Source: Hydrolagus colliei (taxonomy: Eukaryota). From it: 64,000 nt of DNA. The stretch spans positions 51,708,001 to 51,772,000 of the forward strand of contig CM068745.1 in the NCBI GenBank assembly GCA_035084275.1, read 5' to 3'. Below the pieces are notes generated by a model that was not told the DNA's origin, searched no databases, and saw only the letters and a program-made list of their open reading frames with translations. Numbering within the stretch: the first letter of the stretch is position 1; the number at the start of each line of letters is the position of its first letter. This document shows, piece by piece, positions 50,301 through 63,281 of this stretch. A program made the position numbers and the translations under genes.

Positions 50301-50676
50301 TAGTAGAAGCCCGTTTATCCGGCATGCTCGGTTGGGGGGTGGGGGGGAGGGTCGACTAATTGACTATGCCGGATAATTGGGCGGCAAATTGCTGAAAACC
50401 CAACACAAAAGATGTACTTATTTTAAAACATACTATATTAATAATATACTAAATAGTAACAGAATATTGTATAGCTATTTACCAATAAAGATTTCAGCAC
50501 ATTCGGTAAAAAATTGTAAAACAACCTCCAAGTTTGTAAGTTTAATAAGTGAGTATGCGCACTCATTGCGCACATGCACAAATTGAGCATACTCACGATT
50601 GCTGGAATGGGGAGTTGCTCCGGGAGGGGGTCGAGCAATCCGGTTAATCAGGTCACGGATAAACATGCTTCTACTG
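50301..50676. mobile_element. Tigger-like MITE (family A) inserted in a SINE
   Basis: TIRs (C/T)AGTAGAAGCxxGTTTATCCG, TA flanks; SINE sequence resumes on both sides. Confidence 0.87.
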
Positions 50677-50779
50677 TACTTGATCCCATGAACTTCTGAT
50701 TTATAAGCAAATACTACCAACTGAGCCAAGCTGGCACACTTAAGATATACTGATTTTTTATACGAAACAAGCAAGTTAC

Positions 50780-50865
50780 CTCATCCTTTTCTAGATATTT
50801 TGCTTTTTCTTCAGGAGTCATCTTACTTGAATATTCCAGAAACTTTTTTATAGCTGAATTGGTTT
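50780..50865 (-). CDS. UCHL3: UCHL3 coding exon (exon 5 equivalent): (E)TNSAIKKFLEYSSKMTPEEKAKYLEKDE
   Basis: 86 bp, aacag acceptor, gtaact donor, phase 1/0, continues frame from the previous exon. Confidence 0.95.
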
Positions 50866-52744
50866 CTGTTTTAAAAAACAATGCAAAGAAAATGGTTAAC
50901 TTATTCAAAGTGCTATGAAAATAAATTAACATTATTAATAAGCAAGCAACCAAGCTACTGGATGCGCATATACATTTCGCACCAAAAAAAACTCCAGGAC
51001 AAGATAATCGAGAACGCTCATATCACACTCCGCCAAATTGGATCAGTTTATAAGATTATTCACTAATTAATCACATTAAAGAACAAATCATCTGAATGAA
51101 GGAGATAACAGTAGAGTTAATAATTTGCCTTATCATATGTGTGCCTGAATGTGAACAACTGTACACCACCTATTTTATATATAAATGTGTATATATATAA
51201 ATGTGACTATATTTTATTTGTGCCAAAAAGAAAGTGATTGCGTATCTTCATTTAGTGCTGTACATCTTAATGTTGATAATACATTGTTACACTTTGTTCA
51301 GCATACAACAAAATACAATCTTATTAAGCATATAAAAAAAACACAAGCGTCAGTGTCAAAGTGTGATAATCATCATAAGTTTCTGGCTGTTATGTGAGCA
51401 ATACACTTTCAAAATTGACATTTCCATATTTTATATTGCCCTTGGTTCCCGGGAGCCAGATATGAGCAGCCTTTGGCTACTCCAGAACAGGTTCTATAAA
51501 AATTGGTTATCAAGCAGCCAGCAAGCTAATTCCAGAATTACAAATTGTGTCACAAGTTCATTTGGCACATGTGCCAAGCTGAAGCTAAAGTGAAAGACAA
51601 TGGACAGAATCAGTATTCCTGTCACCACCAAAGGTCGCAATCTAACACTTCAACATCCAACATACTATGGGTCCTAAACACTGTGATGCGTAAGTGTTGG
51701 CACTGACTGTCCAGTGTTGCTGTGACACTTGCACAACAGCATCACACATCCTTTCAGACATATGCTGACTTTGTTTTCAATATTCAAATGGACACAAATA
51801 TCTAACTCCAAAAAAGGGTCTCAGAAAATCAGTACCAGGAAATTCAGATGCTTTTAATACAGGTTACTGGAGGGGGCAGGTTAGCTTCTCTGAACAAGCT
51901 GGTAATGTAAATATTTTTTCCTTTTATTTAACAATCATTAAGATTTTGTATTGGATGTATAGAATACTGTTCACATGACCCAGGAGCACCTTAAATTAAC
52001 TCCCACAATCCAGTTTCCACAATGACCTTCCACTGCTGGAGAAGCCCTGATCATAACAAGCAGTACCGGACACTGAAAGCATTCACTCGGATGGAAAATA
52101 CTCATCCAGTTCCTTTTCACTTACAGCTAGCTCTCTGGGGTCATTTTCACACTACTTCTAAAGATCTAGGGAGGATGCACTAAGGCAGGACGGTTCAGGC
52201 AGGCAGACGCAATGCCTTCCTTCAATAGCATATTTAATGGAATATCTCAGGCTTTCAGAACATTCTAAAGCTGTTTTATATATATTTTCACACTCAATTA
52301 GACATGTATAGTATATAGAGATTCCCAAGATCAGATTCTACTGTAAAATGTTTTACAAGTGTCAACTTTTGTAACTTCTGAACAGCTGAACAAGGGATGA
52401 GCTAGAATATTTGCCATCATTCACCCAGCCTACTTAATAGAGCAATTATTGAAAACTTGAAAAAGACCTTTAATGGCATAGCAGGAAGATGATTCATCAT
52501 TGACATGATCCAAACTGCCCCCAGCACATGAAGGGATTGTTTTACTCGGCTGCTTTCAAGATGAACAGAAATTCAGAGTGGAAGAGAAATACTTCACAGA
52601 ATTTTTGAACGAGTTCAGTGCAGATTGCAATTCAGATACCTAAAGTAATGAATGACATTTTATAATGAAATATAAAAATCATATTTGGGGCTTTAAGACA
52701 TTAGGTTTTGACCCTTTGCTCTGTAAAATTCCACAAGTTCTTAC

Positions 52745-52901
52745 CAAATTCCAGTTTATCTTGGTTGTTAGCCAGTGCATGTATAAGGCCGACAGTGCCA
52801 CAGGCGTTGCTAATCGTTTGCTTCATGAAATAAACTTGCGGACTGATCTCTTGCCCTATGGATTTTATTTTACTTTCCTCTTCTTGCTTGAAGGTTGCAT
52901 A
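52745..52901 (-). CDS. UCHL3: UCHL3 coding exon (exon 4 equivalent) with oxyanion Gln and catalytic Cys: [52 protein letters not shown]
   Basis: 157 bp, tttttag acceptor, gtaaga donor, phase 0/1; peptidase C12 motif [12 protein letters not shown]; manually translated (not in ORF track). Confidence 0.97.
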
Positions 52902-53555
52902 CTAAAAAACAAGACATAAGATACCATAACAGCAATTTCACTACAAGTCAATTTAAGATATAATGTTCTATGACCCGCAACTTTGATTTTAAAAAATCTT
53001 TAATATTACAAGTACATATTTTCATACAATTGTCGAACCTAACTGGTTCCCACAAAAAGAGAAATTGGTTGTGTTAATTTATGAAAGGAGTCAAGAGCAA
53101 TGAGAAATTTTGGTAGCAGCTTCTGACAAAGTGCACATTCTTGGTCCAATTCAGCTTTATTTATCCAAATCATACTGCCGACAAAACAAGAAACTCCCCT
53201 GACTATTAGGATCTATGAACAAAGAAGATCAAATACTTTCAAATGCCTGAGGCACAAGCATGAAGCCAAACACAAAGTGACACCTTTAACACAATTCACG
53301 TTCAGGCAGGTTGCAGTGATCAAAGATGCATTACTGTACATAGAATCACATTGAATTATACAGACTGCAGAACTAATGCACATGAACCTTCTTTATATCC
53401 TCTCACTACACCTTCCCATAACAGTTAATATGACTTAGGTAAAGTCTGAGCTGCAAGCAAAATGTATCAATCGAATAAAATCTGATTTAATCAATAATCT
53501 ACTCTGTGCACACATAATTCAATGCATAGTAAGTGCTCATGTAGTGATATGTTAA

Positions 53556-54230
53556 AACAACATAAAAATTGCATTTATATAGCGTCTGCCACATCGGGAG
53601 GACATCCCAAGGTGCTGGATAGTCAATGATTCAGACCTGAGCTGGGGTCGGGATCAGGGAGGGTGGAGGGAATGGAGGGGATTTGGGGTGATCCATGGGA
53701 CCGATGAAAAGGAGGGTCTTGAGGCAGGATTTGAAGGAGGCTAGGGAGGAAGTGAGGCGAAGGGCCTGCAGGTTGGAATTCCAGGTTAGGGGCAGAGTGG
53801 CTGAAGGCTCGCCCGACAATGCTGGGGTGGGTTGGTCATGCAGCAGGCTGGAGCCTGCTGAGCAGCGGGAGAGGGCGGGTTAGTAGGGGGTTAGGATGTT
53901 GCAGAGGTGGGTGGGGCAAGGCCATGGAGGGTTTTGAAGGTGAGGACCAGGATCTTTAATTGAATCCTCTGGATGATGGAGAGCCAATGGAGTTGGGCAA
54001 GAATGGGGGAGATGGGGTCACGGAGCTTGGAGCGGTAGAGAAACACGGGTCGCAGAGTTCTGGATGATCTGCAGCCTATGGAGGGAGGAATTGAGAAGGC
54101 CGACATGTAAGGAGTTGGCGTAGTCGAGCCTGGATGTGATGAAAGGATAAATGAGAGTTTCAGCGGCCCGAGGGATGAGGTAGTGGTGGAGTCAGGCAAT
54201 GTTGCGGAGGTGAGGGAATGCATCTTGAAC
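53556..54230 (-). mobile_element. L2 LINE 3' fragment
   Basis: DPISPILAQLHWLSIIQRIQLKILVLTFKTLHGLAP, typical L2 C-terminal motif. Confidence 0.88.
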
Positions 54231-54689
54231 CGTCCTTGCGTGTACGCTTACCATCTAGCATTAGAATCATATTGGATCACGGGAACTTAAGTTCTTCTTT
54301 GCACATATTGATGGATCAAAAACACTTTTCCCTTGATTCCATGCAGCCGGCTGGTAAGTGCTCATGCATTGACGTATCAGAATGATATTTCCCACAATTC
54401 AATGCATCTGGTAAGTGCAGGAGTAATGAAGGGCAGGGGATCGGAGTTACAAGTTAGGAGGTGATTAATACTAACACAAATAAATCTAATTCGTTTTGAT
54501 AGGAAACTGAATGTAACTCTTGTGAATGTATCACTTATTACACAATTTATAAAGATAAGAGTTATGCAAGTTTTACTGCAGTTAGAAAAAATGACCCTCT
54601 GAGGTTACTAATTTAAGTGCAATAAGAAGAAATGGGACAGATTTAGAGCAAAAACCATAAAGAAGTTGAGTCATATCAATCTACATCTT

Positions 54690-55250
54690 TCAGCATTTGT
54701 CACTTCCTGGCTGGACTACACCAGTGCCCTCTTCATTTGTCTGCCCAGTAGCTCCACCATATACAAAATGCAATTAATTCAAAACTCTAGTCACCCACAC
54801 AAAACTCTGAACCCCATCACACCAGTGCTTGGCAGGCTCCACTGGCTCCCAATTAACAAACTGATCTATTTCAAGATGCTCTTACTTGTTTTCAAATCTC
54901 TTCATGCCCTTGTGCCTCCCTATCTATTCGATTTGTTTACACCCCACTCCAATATCTACTGCCTCCACTCGGCTGGCTCCAGCCTCCTGTTTGTTCCTCG
55001 TCACCTCTGCTCCACCATCGGTGGCTATGCCTTCAGTCACTATGCCCCAAAACTCTAGAAATCTCCCTCAATCCCTTCACTTGCATCCTCCCTCCCCACC
55101 TTTAAATACTGCATAAAGGCTTTCCTTTTTGATCATGCTTACGATCACATCCCCCTTCCTACACCCCGTGGCTCAGTGACCAGAGTCTGTCACTGTGAAG
55201 TGCTCTGGGACACTACCCTGCGTGAAAGGCACTATATAATTGCTATTTGC
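54690..55250 (+). mobile_element. L2 LINE 3' fragment
   Basis: AFVTSWLDY...PITPVLGRLHWLPI...STIGGYAFSHYAPKL. Confidence 0.88.
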
Positions 55251-56328
55251 TATTAGTATTGAACTGGTTTGCTACAACATTCTGATCCCATTTAATTTAC
55301 ATCTCGGGATTCTTTTGAGGAAAGATCAGCAGAATGCAATTATTTTCATAAATAAAAGTACAATTCAAACAGAATATTTATTTGTCAGAAAGCATGGCTT
55401 CCTATACTGGCGAATTTGCACTGGAATATTGCTGCAAAGTTAGATACCAATTACGCCTCTGAAAATGACAAAGGTTTTTTCAGTATTACCAAAGGCAGGA
55501 GCAATGACAACAGCAGTCTAAACATGCCTTTCTAAGGGTGTGCTCACCATTTTTCTGCATGCAAGACCAGTCATGTAGTTTTGTAGTTTCTGGCCAGAAC
55601 AGCCCATCCTTACTAAATTAAAAGTTTTCCTCTAGATTCAACAGCACTGGTTAGGGATCAGACCTTTTACAGAACTACTGTACTTCCACTGTACAAAACA
55701 CCACGATCGCTCACTTGCAACTTACAATATTAACCAGGTTAATACCAGGCTTATTTACCATCACATAAAAAAAAGGTTAGAGTAGGGTTGTCCACCACAC
55801 CAGCTAAAATACATGAACTTTTTTTAATTTAAGGGGTTCACTTTAAAACATTATGATCAATTACATTAAAGAGGTGGGTTTCCACTTCAAAGCTTTTTTG
55901 TAACTTTTTTGTGCACAACAACACATTTATATAGTTCTTTTGATGTCTGGACACCATCCTAAACTACTGGATTTGAATATGATGAACATATAGCCACTTC
56001 AGTTAGAGCACTTGAATACAAATCAGTTGAAATTTTACCTTTCCCCATATCAGGATATTTAGTTGTTCAACATGTGACAAGCATGGGTTCAGCTTTGACC
56101 AGGTGGATGATAGGTACAATTGTGAACCACATTTCAATGCTAACCTTCTGTAGGTTGATATGGTTCTCAACTTCTTCATGGCTTCTTGGTCCCACTTCTA
56201 CTTACTGCACTTACTTAGGGTTACTTACTTCGGGACATCCTCCCGACATGAAAGGCATTCTAAAAATGTAATTTTGTTGTTGTATTTTAAATTAAATCAG
56301 TCACCTCCAAGGTCATCTTTTCTAACTA

Positions 56329-57262
56329 CAGTAAAAGCCTGTTTATCCATGACCATATCAACCGTAACTTCCGTATAACCGGCACCTCAAAAAAAAGGTC
56401 CCCATTCAAATAACTGGATCTTATCCGGCACAATCGGGGTGGCACATTTAATGAGTCAATTGCCGCACAAGAGTATAGTACGATTAGTTCTGAATGTTGT
56501 CAGTAGTGGCACTTCCGGTTTTTCCTCTTAAAGCAGTGCTGTCAGTTTTTCCTCCCCCTCTCTCCATTTTCCCTTTCCTTCCTTCCTCTCTATCACTCCC
56601 TCTCTCTCCCTCCATCTTTCTTTCCCTCTCTCTCTGACGGATACTACGTATTGCCTGTGTAACCTGACTGTATTGTGAGTTGTTTTGGTGGAGGGTGGGG
56701 TTGGAGAAGGAGAAAGAGGCAGGGAGAGAGAAGGTGGGGGAAAAAAGAGAGGAGTGGGAGGGGGAGAGAGGGGGTAAGTTGCTTAATTTAGATGATGACT
56801 GCCGTCTAACTGTAAAATGAGAGAAGTGGAAGGGGGTTGGATTTGGAGCCANNNNNNNNNNNNNNNNNNNNNNNNNNNNNNNNNNNNNNNNNNNNNNNNN
56901 NNNNNNNNNNNNNNNNNNNNNNNNNNNNNNNNNNNNNNNNNNNNNNNNNNNNNNNNNNNNNNNNNNNNNNNNNNNNNNNNNNNNNNNNNNNNNNNNNNNN
57001 NNNNNNNNNNNNNAGGAAAAAACGACACTTCCGCTTTAAGCCAATACCATTCGCCATTGTAGAAGTTTGCTTTGTGATTGTGTGCTGTGTTTATAGATTG
57101 TAATCGATATTTATTGCTTTATTGGTAAGTATCCATACAATACTGTGTTATTATTTAGGCTATTATTAATATGGTATTTTTTAAAAAGTTAATTGTTTTG
57201 TGTTCTGAATATCCGGCATGCCGTTTAACCGGCATTGGACAGGTACCGGATAAACGGTACTG
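56329..57262. mobile_element. Tigger-like MITE (family A) spanning the assembly gap
   Basis: TA-CAGTAAAAGCCTGTTTATCC left end, CCGGATAAACGG..ACTG-TA right end, CT/GA-rich interior. Confidence 0.8.
56852..57013. other. Assembly gap (162 N)
   Basis: Run of n inside a GA-rich MITE interior. Confidence 1.
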
Positions 57263-58215
57263 TATTTTACTACAGTAGTTAGAATAGTGTAACAGCAAAA
57301 CAATAAGTCAGTTTTCCTCTGTGCAAATTAGGGAGAAAGTAGTATGGGAGGGAGGTAAGAGATATTTGGAGGGGTGGAGGTTCACATGAACCAAAAGGGC
57401 TATGTTGCTGTGCTGCAATCTATATAATTCAATGAAATTCTATATATGCATCACTGGTCAGAAAATGTCTGCTGAACAGCTCTTGTTGGACCTTCTCCAA
57501 AACAATCAAATACTGAAAACAAATTAGACTGCAGTCAGGTAGAAAGGTACAGCAGCACTTTCCTCAGGCGACTCATTCTGCATTTGCATTGCTGCTGTAA
57601 GAATTGGCTGCTGGGAATTTGGCCTTTCAAGCGTTTCCAACATTCCATTACAGCGCAGCAAAGAAATGATCCCATCACTATTCCATATGGACCAATCCAC
57701 AACCCAACCACCATAAGCTAAGGAAATGCTACAGTAAAACCATTGTGCATGGAAGCAGCTGCTGGAGAATATACAATATAAAACTGAGCTGTTTCTAAAG
57801 GATACACACCAGAAGTCATTATTATTGAACAACTTCCCAGTTTGGTAAGCTCCAGGCACTTGGCTTAGAATGCCAATTATATTTTAAACCTGTGAATATA
57901 CCAGAACTCTGTAAAAGACTCCAATTTCACAAATCAAGTCAAGCTCTGGGGATGGTCTGGTGCTCAACTACAAGCAGAAAGTTAAATGGTGCCTTTGTTC
58001 TCTGTAACAGGTGAACACACCAGCAGCTTCTCCTGCTTTAGTCATCGCACTCTGTAGGAGATGGATAAATTGTTCTGTGCCTCAGAAATGCATTGAATCT
58101 TTAGGCATTCTGATTTTACCCTTAAAGGAAATTGTCAGCTGTAAGTATTCATTTACAGATTTCCACCAACAGACCTTATTTCCACACAAACAGCCCCCAA
58201 ACTCAAATCCATATA

Positions 58216-58432
58216 CAGTAAAAGCCCGTTTATCTGGCACCTGATCAACCGTAACTTCCATATAACCGGCATCTCAAGAAAAAGGTCCACATTCGATTAA
58301 CCGGAATTTATCCGGGAAAATGCATTATATATACAGAATTTTTTTTTATGTGTGTTTTCAGCCGAATATCCAGCATGAGCTTTAACGGCATTGGCCATGT
58401 CCCAAGGGTGCCAGATAAATGGGCTTTTACTG
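58216..58432. mobile_element. Tigger-like MITE (family A), minimal 217-bp form
   Basis: TIRs CAGTAAAAGCCC(G/A)TTTATCTGGCACC, TA flanks. Confidence 0.92.
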
Positions 58433-60129
58433 TAATCCACTCCATCTCTCAATAAGAGCTTCTGTCGTCAAGAGAGGACAAGTTTCTTAATAGGCCACAA
58501 TGCGCTTGGATGCTTTTTCTATAATCCCTGGGAACTTGAGCTAGATGGAGAATTCTGTGAAATTTCAAGCCCATTGAGGCCAAGTTCACGTTCTATGAAA
58601 CAACAGAGAATGCGTCCTGTTTTCACTATTTTGAGGAGATACACAAATCCCTGTCTGTGTCTTGGTTACCCAGCAAGATCTGCAATTTAGATGAACTGGT
58701 TCCTTGAGTTTGGCTAAAATTGCCTCCCACAAGCTCAGAATGTGAAACTCATTAGCTATCATCTCTCTGACAGCTTGCCCAAATTTGGATCTCTTGCACC
58801 CACTGAGGTACCATTCCATACCATGGTGCCTAATGCACCTCATGTGACAGGGCACATTTGACTTCTCATATCTCTCTGGGCCTTCTGTTTTGAATTTATC
58901 ATTATTGCTCTCTGCTAGTCACAAAGAATTGAGTCGTTTTTTTCTGCCCTGCCCTTGAGATTATCAATCTTATTTTACAAGGACAGGCAAGTGTGGATCA
59001 CACAATGAGAGTCTATGTGAAGCAGGTCACAGTATCAACTAACTATGACTCATATAGTCAGAAACTCAGCTTCTAAAAGCATGTGATGGGTACACTCTCA
59101 TATGAGGGCAATATTGCTTTTCTCTTTAATGCAGCTTAAAAAACAAAACCTTGCATATTCAACCAGTAGCAATTCAGGAGTTTTCTATCAGGCACATGTT
59201 CTATCTGGCAATATCGAGCTAAGGCTAAATTTAGCAGCTTTGTTTATTTAACCGAAAATGAAATGAGGTGAACCAGAAAATTCCATTCACAAAAGATGTG
59301 TTGACATGGACAGAACACCCAGTTCAGATCTTGGAAGTTCATGTTTCAATGGTACAGAACACATGCGTCACATCAAAATGGATTAATCCTTTTAATATTG
59401 CTGAGTTTATTATCATTATAATTGAAGCTGAACCCCCACCACTGTTAAGCACTCCTATGTGAGGGGCGGTATATAAATGCAAACAGTTATTAAAGGAGTA
59501 TCATGACAACAAAATTACATTTGTATAGCCCCTTTCACATCGGGAAGACACCCCAAGGCGCTGGGACATATGCAACATCATGCTTGGAGCATTAATCAAT
59601 CTTTTTTGTTTTAAGTGCAGTATTTGCAAAGAATCAATCCGATTGGAAATGGGCGAGGTGGGAGGGAGAGAAATGAATGTTAAAGAATGCAATGTTTAAT
59701 CTTGAAAAACATGGATTTACTCAGGCATTAAAGAAATTGTTTCCTCAGTGAAGAACCTTTCAATGTGGCAGTAACTGCTTTGGGGGTATTTATCCTGAGC
59801 TTTATGTGTCAGTGTGTCAGACCCCTAGGTCTTTGCTGTAAGTAAGCTGTGAAAACACCTGTTGGTCACATCCTCCTCGTTAAAATGCCACAGGCATGTT
59901 AACATTTGCACAAACAGACCACAATTTTTCCATTCATTCCACACAACGTGGCAAAAGTGAGTCTTACTCAACCAGGATTCACCCAAGGTGAAGGGCAATT
60001 GCAAAATCTTGCCTTTTCCTATTGTGACATTATGAAAAATAGTATGAAAAATAGCCCTTTAGTCTAAGAACTATCCTTGAGGGGTGCTGTTGAGTACTCT
60101 TATGACAGACCAGCCAGCGTAGAGGAGAG

Positions 60130-60420
60130 GGAGCAAGGATTCTTCCCATTCAGCTGCCGTTAATCCTGCAGCCAAAGCCTAATGGGTTAGCAGGACATTG
60201 AGAAGCTTTGTCGGCCAGTGCTTATTTGGTAGGGTATTCCACATTCCAACAACTCTGAAAATATTTCTTCAAAATTCTCCTTTTGCTCTTCTCGTAATTG
60301 TCTTATAACTATGGCCTAACTCTTCTACCTTGTCAAAGATGTTGGTAACACTTGGAAAAGATCTGTATTTCCCCACATTATTCAAATAACTGAGAATTTT
60401 CCCCTTCAGGATTTTTCATC
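60130..60420 (-). mobile_element. Old degraded CR1 3' fragment
   Basis: Translates to LGHSYKTITRRAKGEF*RNIFRVVGMWNTLP, similar to the C-terminus of the CR1 ORF2 in this window. Confidence 0.6.
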
Positions 60421-61269
60421 CCTTCTTTTACAATTGTTGTAGCAAATCAATCAGAGGTTACTTTGATAACTCTATTTATGGAATGGTGAACTCAGGAGAA
60501 AGAAATGATTGCAACACTTTGTAAATACCTTGTCGATTATTCATCAGTTTGCTTTTACCATCTCAAAAACAATTTAGGGATGGATTTTATCCTTTTAATG
60601 ACTGGAGACAACGTGTTTATATACTTGAGACATGTTCAACTAAGAAAAAGCACAGGGCTTGCAGAACATTAAACCTCTGAAGCAATCAATTTAATGTTCT
60701 ACTAAAAGGAAACATTAATGTTGCTGCCAATCTGAATACAGAATTCATGCTATTAATCTTAAAGGGCTCTATTCACCTTTATAACAATTTTTCCCTGAAG
60801 GAAGAGATATTATGAAAATTCTTAATCAAATTAAAGTATCTGTATCACGTTTGATACTATAGTTTCCGGACACATTGAGTTTTCTTTCCATGTTGATGCA
60901 AAGCAGCCAGACATACTCAAAACACATACATGCAGCATCTAGCCCATTCCTCAATGATATCACCACAAGTTTAAATACTCCACAGTACAAAGAAAATACC
61001 AAATCTATAATTTCTCTACTCCTTCACGAGTTCTTACATTGGATACCTTAAGTACTATCCATTTTGAAATGATACAATAGACAAAACATAAAATTCTAGG
61101 TTTATTTCTGGATTTAACCACTAATGTTTGTCAAATAAATCCAAGTACCATATCATTTTCCACATTAATTAAAAACGATTCATGTCAGTACAGTCAACAA
61201 AATTGGAATGCAAACGTGTTTATACACATAGGTTACTAAATATTAAGTAGGTTGAGTCTTCATTTCACC

Positions 61270-61560
61270 ATAGGTCAGTGAGTTTATTCGGTGCAAGTTC
61301 GGATACCTTGGTATCAGTTTAAATACAACAATTGGTCTCATCTGCCTGGCTTGGTGAGGGAGGAGAGAAAAAGGCAACGCTCCTGATCTATATTTACCTG
61401 GAAGGTACGTGTGTGTTGTGTACATTGGGCTTGGCTATGATGCCTTCCTCAGTCAAACAGCTTGCTGACAGTCATAGCTCAAACATGATAAATGGCCAAT
61501 TTGGGAAGTCCCAAAGGGGAGAAACACCATGTTTAGCTCTGGCTTCTGGCCACAGAAATA
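61270..61560 (+). mobile_element. Ancient LF-SINE-like repeat remnant (related fragments about 2700-2870 and 3260-3340)
   Basis: Shared internal blocks TCAAA.AGC.TGC..AC...AGCTCA.ACA; family assignment from recall only. Confidence 0.4.
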
Positions 61561-62177
61561 ACAATGGAGCCATGGAGGTTCCTATAATCAGCTATTGTGG
61601 TATCTGTTACATTTATCTTGTGCCTGGGATCTTCTTTGATATTAATCTTTATCCACTGGGCCACAGAGGGAAGCTTTGCTAAATATACTTTGTTGTTTCT
61701 CCTGATTTCACATTGACATCAACTAGTGGTGATGTGATAAGGTAAATTTTGAGGCGCCAGTATGCACACTACTGCTTGTAAAACTAATTCACCTGCCATC
61801 AATATACTTGCTGCTATTGACAACTATTTGGGCCTTTATGGGACTAGAGCTGAAGTGTGATGTGACCATCTATGCCATTTGGGTTAGTTTATCACAGAAC
61901 TGTCAATGCACAGTATTGTTGAAAGCTAAATCCAACAACCTGTACCGCAGTTAGAGTGAACACCCAGGAAAAGAACAAAATAAGGAAAATAAACTAGGAC
62001 AAACATAAGGTATTACTTTAAAATAGAATACTATACTTGTTCAAAAAAAGTAAAACCTAGTTGTATACCTTGAAAGGAGTATTGGAGGATAAGTCTCCAC
62101 AAAACCTTCACTCCACTCATCATGCTTTATTTTCAGAAAATGTTAACAATCGCTGAATGGAAGAAGAGAAAATCTAC

Positions 62178-62306
62178 CTTTTCTGTAACTGGGAACAGCA
62201 GAAGAATTGAACAGACGGGTCTTGGCACCATACTCAGAAGGTCAGGATCCATTCCAAAGACATCTCCAAACTGCCAGGTGGGCAACACCCCCAACTGTCT
62301 CGTAAA
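62178..62306 (-). CDS. UCHL3: UCHL3 coding exon (equivalent to human exon 3), [43 protein letters not shown]
   Basis: 129 bp, bounded by ccag acceptor and gtagat donor, phase 0/0; translation matches the UCH-L3 N-terminal region ([14 protein letters not shown]..LLLFP). Confidence 0.96.
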
Positions 62307-63014
62307 CTGGTAGAAAGGCATTGAATTAGTTCAGAAGTCTTATTCTCTAAAATGTACCAAATACCGCAAAATTCAATTCACTAAACAAACACAATGGTCT
62401 CTTAAATTAAAGGAATAGTTCAGAAGAGGAACCCATGATCACTTGACATTTGGCATTCATCTTAAAAAGTACCCCCCACCCACCACCCCTCCTGTTTTGA
62501 TGGCCCAGAGGATTAATGTGCCTCCTGGAGAGCACTAGACCATACAACCTATTTATAAGTCTGCAACACTAAAAATAAGTCAGCTGTGCTTGACTCCCAT
62601 TATATTCACTTCCGTTCTGGGCACATTTTATAAGTCTGAAAATATTTTTGTTTAGAATTTTTGTTTGGAGTCAGCCAGGTGTCTGACACATCAGAAACCA
62701 TCACCATGTTGAAGAATATCCAAACCAAACTGAGAATTCCATGCATCCCAGCTATACATAGAAATCCAAGAGATATTATTGGAATGGAATGTGCATTCTC
62801 TCCCTGGAGGGGCATATCCTACTTACAACAACAACTTGCATTTATATAGCACCATCCATGTTGGACGGGGTCTCAGAGAGCTTACCTAGTCCCAGAAAGT
62901 ATTAGGCACACTTAGTTACTGAGCAGCTAAACAATAACAAAGTTACACTTGTAAAGCGCCTTTGGGACGTCCTCCCGATGTGAATGGCATTGCAGTTGAA
63001 TAGCCTGCAGAAAC

Positions 63015-63281
63015 TCCCTACCAAGCAAGAGATCTGGCTTTTATTCCCGGCAGGGTGAAACCTAGGGCAAGTTTCCTTACTCCACACACCTGATAGTAAT
63101 CCCTAAAAAAAATCATAATTTAGTCACTGAATCCACGACTGCTTGTGGGACACTGCTGTGCACAATTGGCTGCCGCACTTCGCCTACAAATATAGTCAAT
63201 TTACTTTGCAGTATTCTGTAAAGCACTTTGAGATTCTAGAAGACATGAAATGCTCTGTATCAAATGCAAGATTATTATTAT
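63015..63281 (+). mobile_element. SINE (same family), near full length
   Basis: Colinear with 22230-22520, ends TCAAATGCAAGATTATTATTA. Confidence 0.82.

Noticed and set aside
56783-57103. ORFs containing X runs
   Set aside because: Artefacts of the N gap
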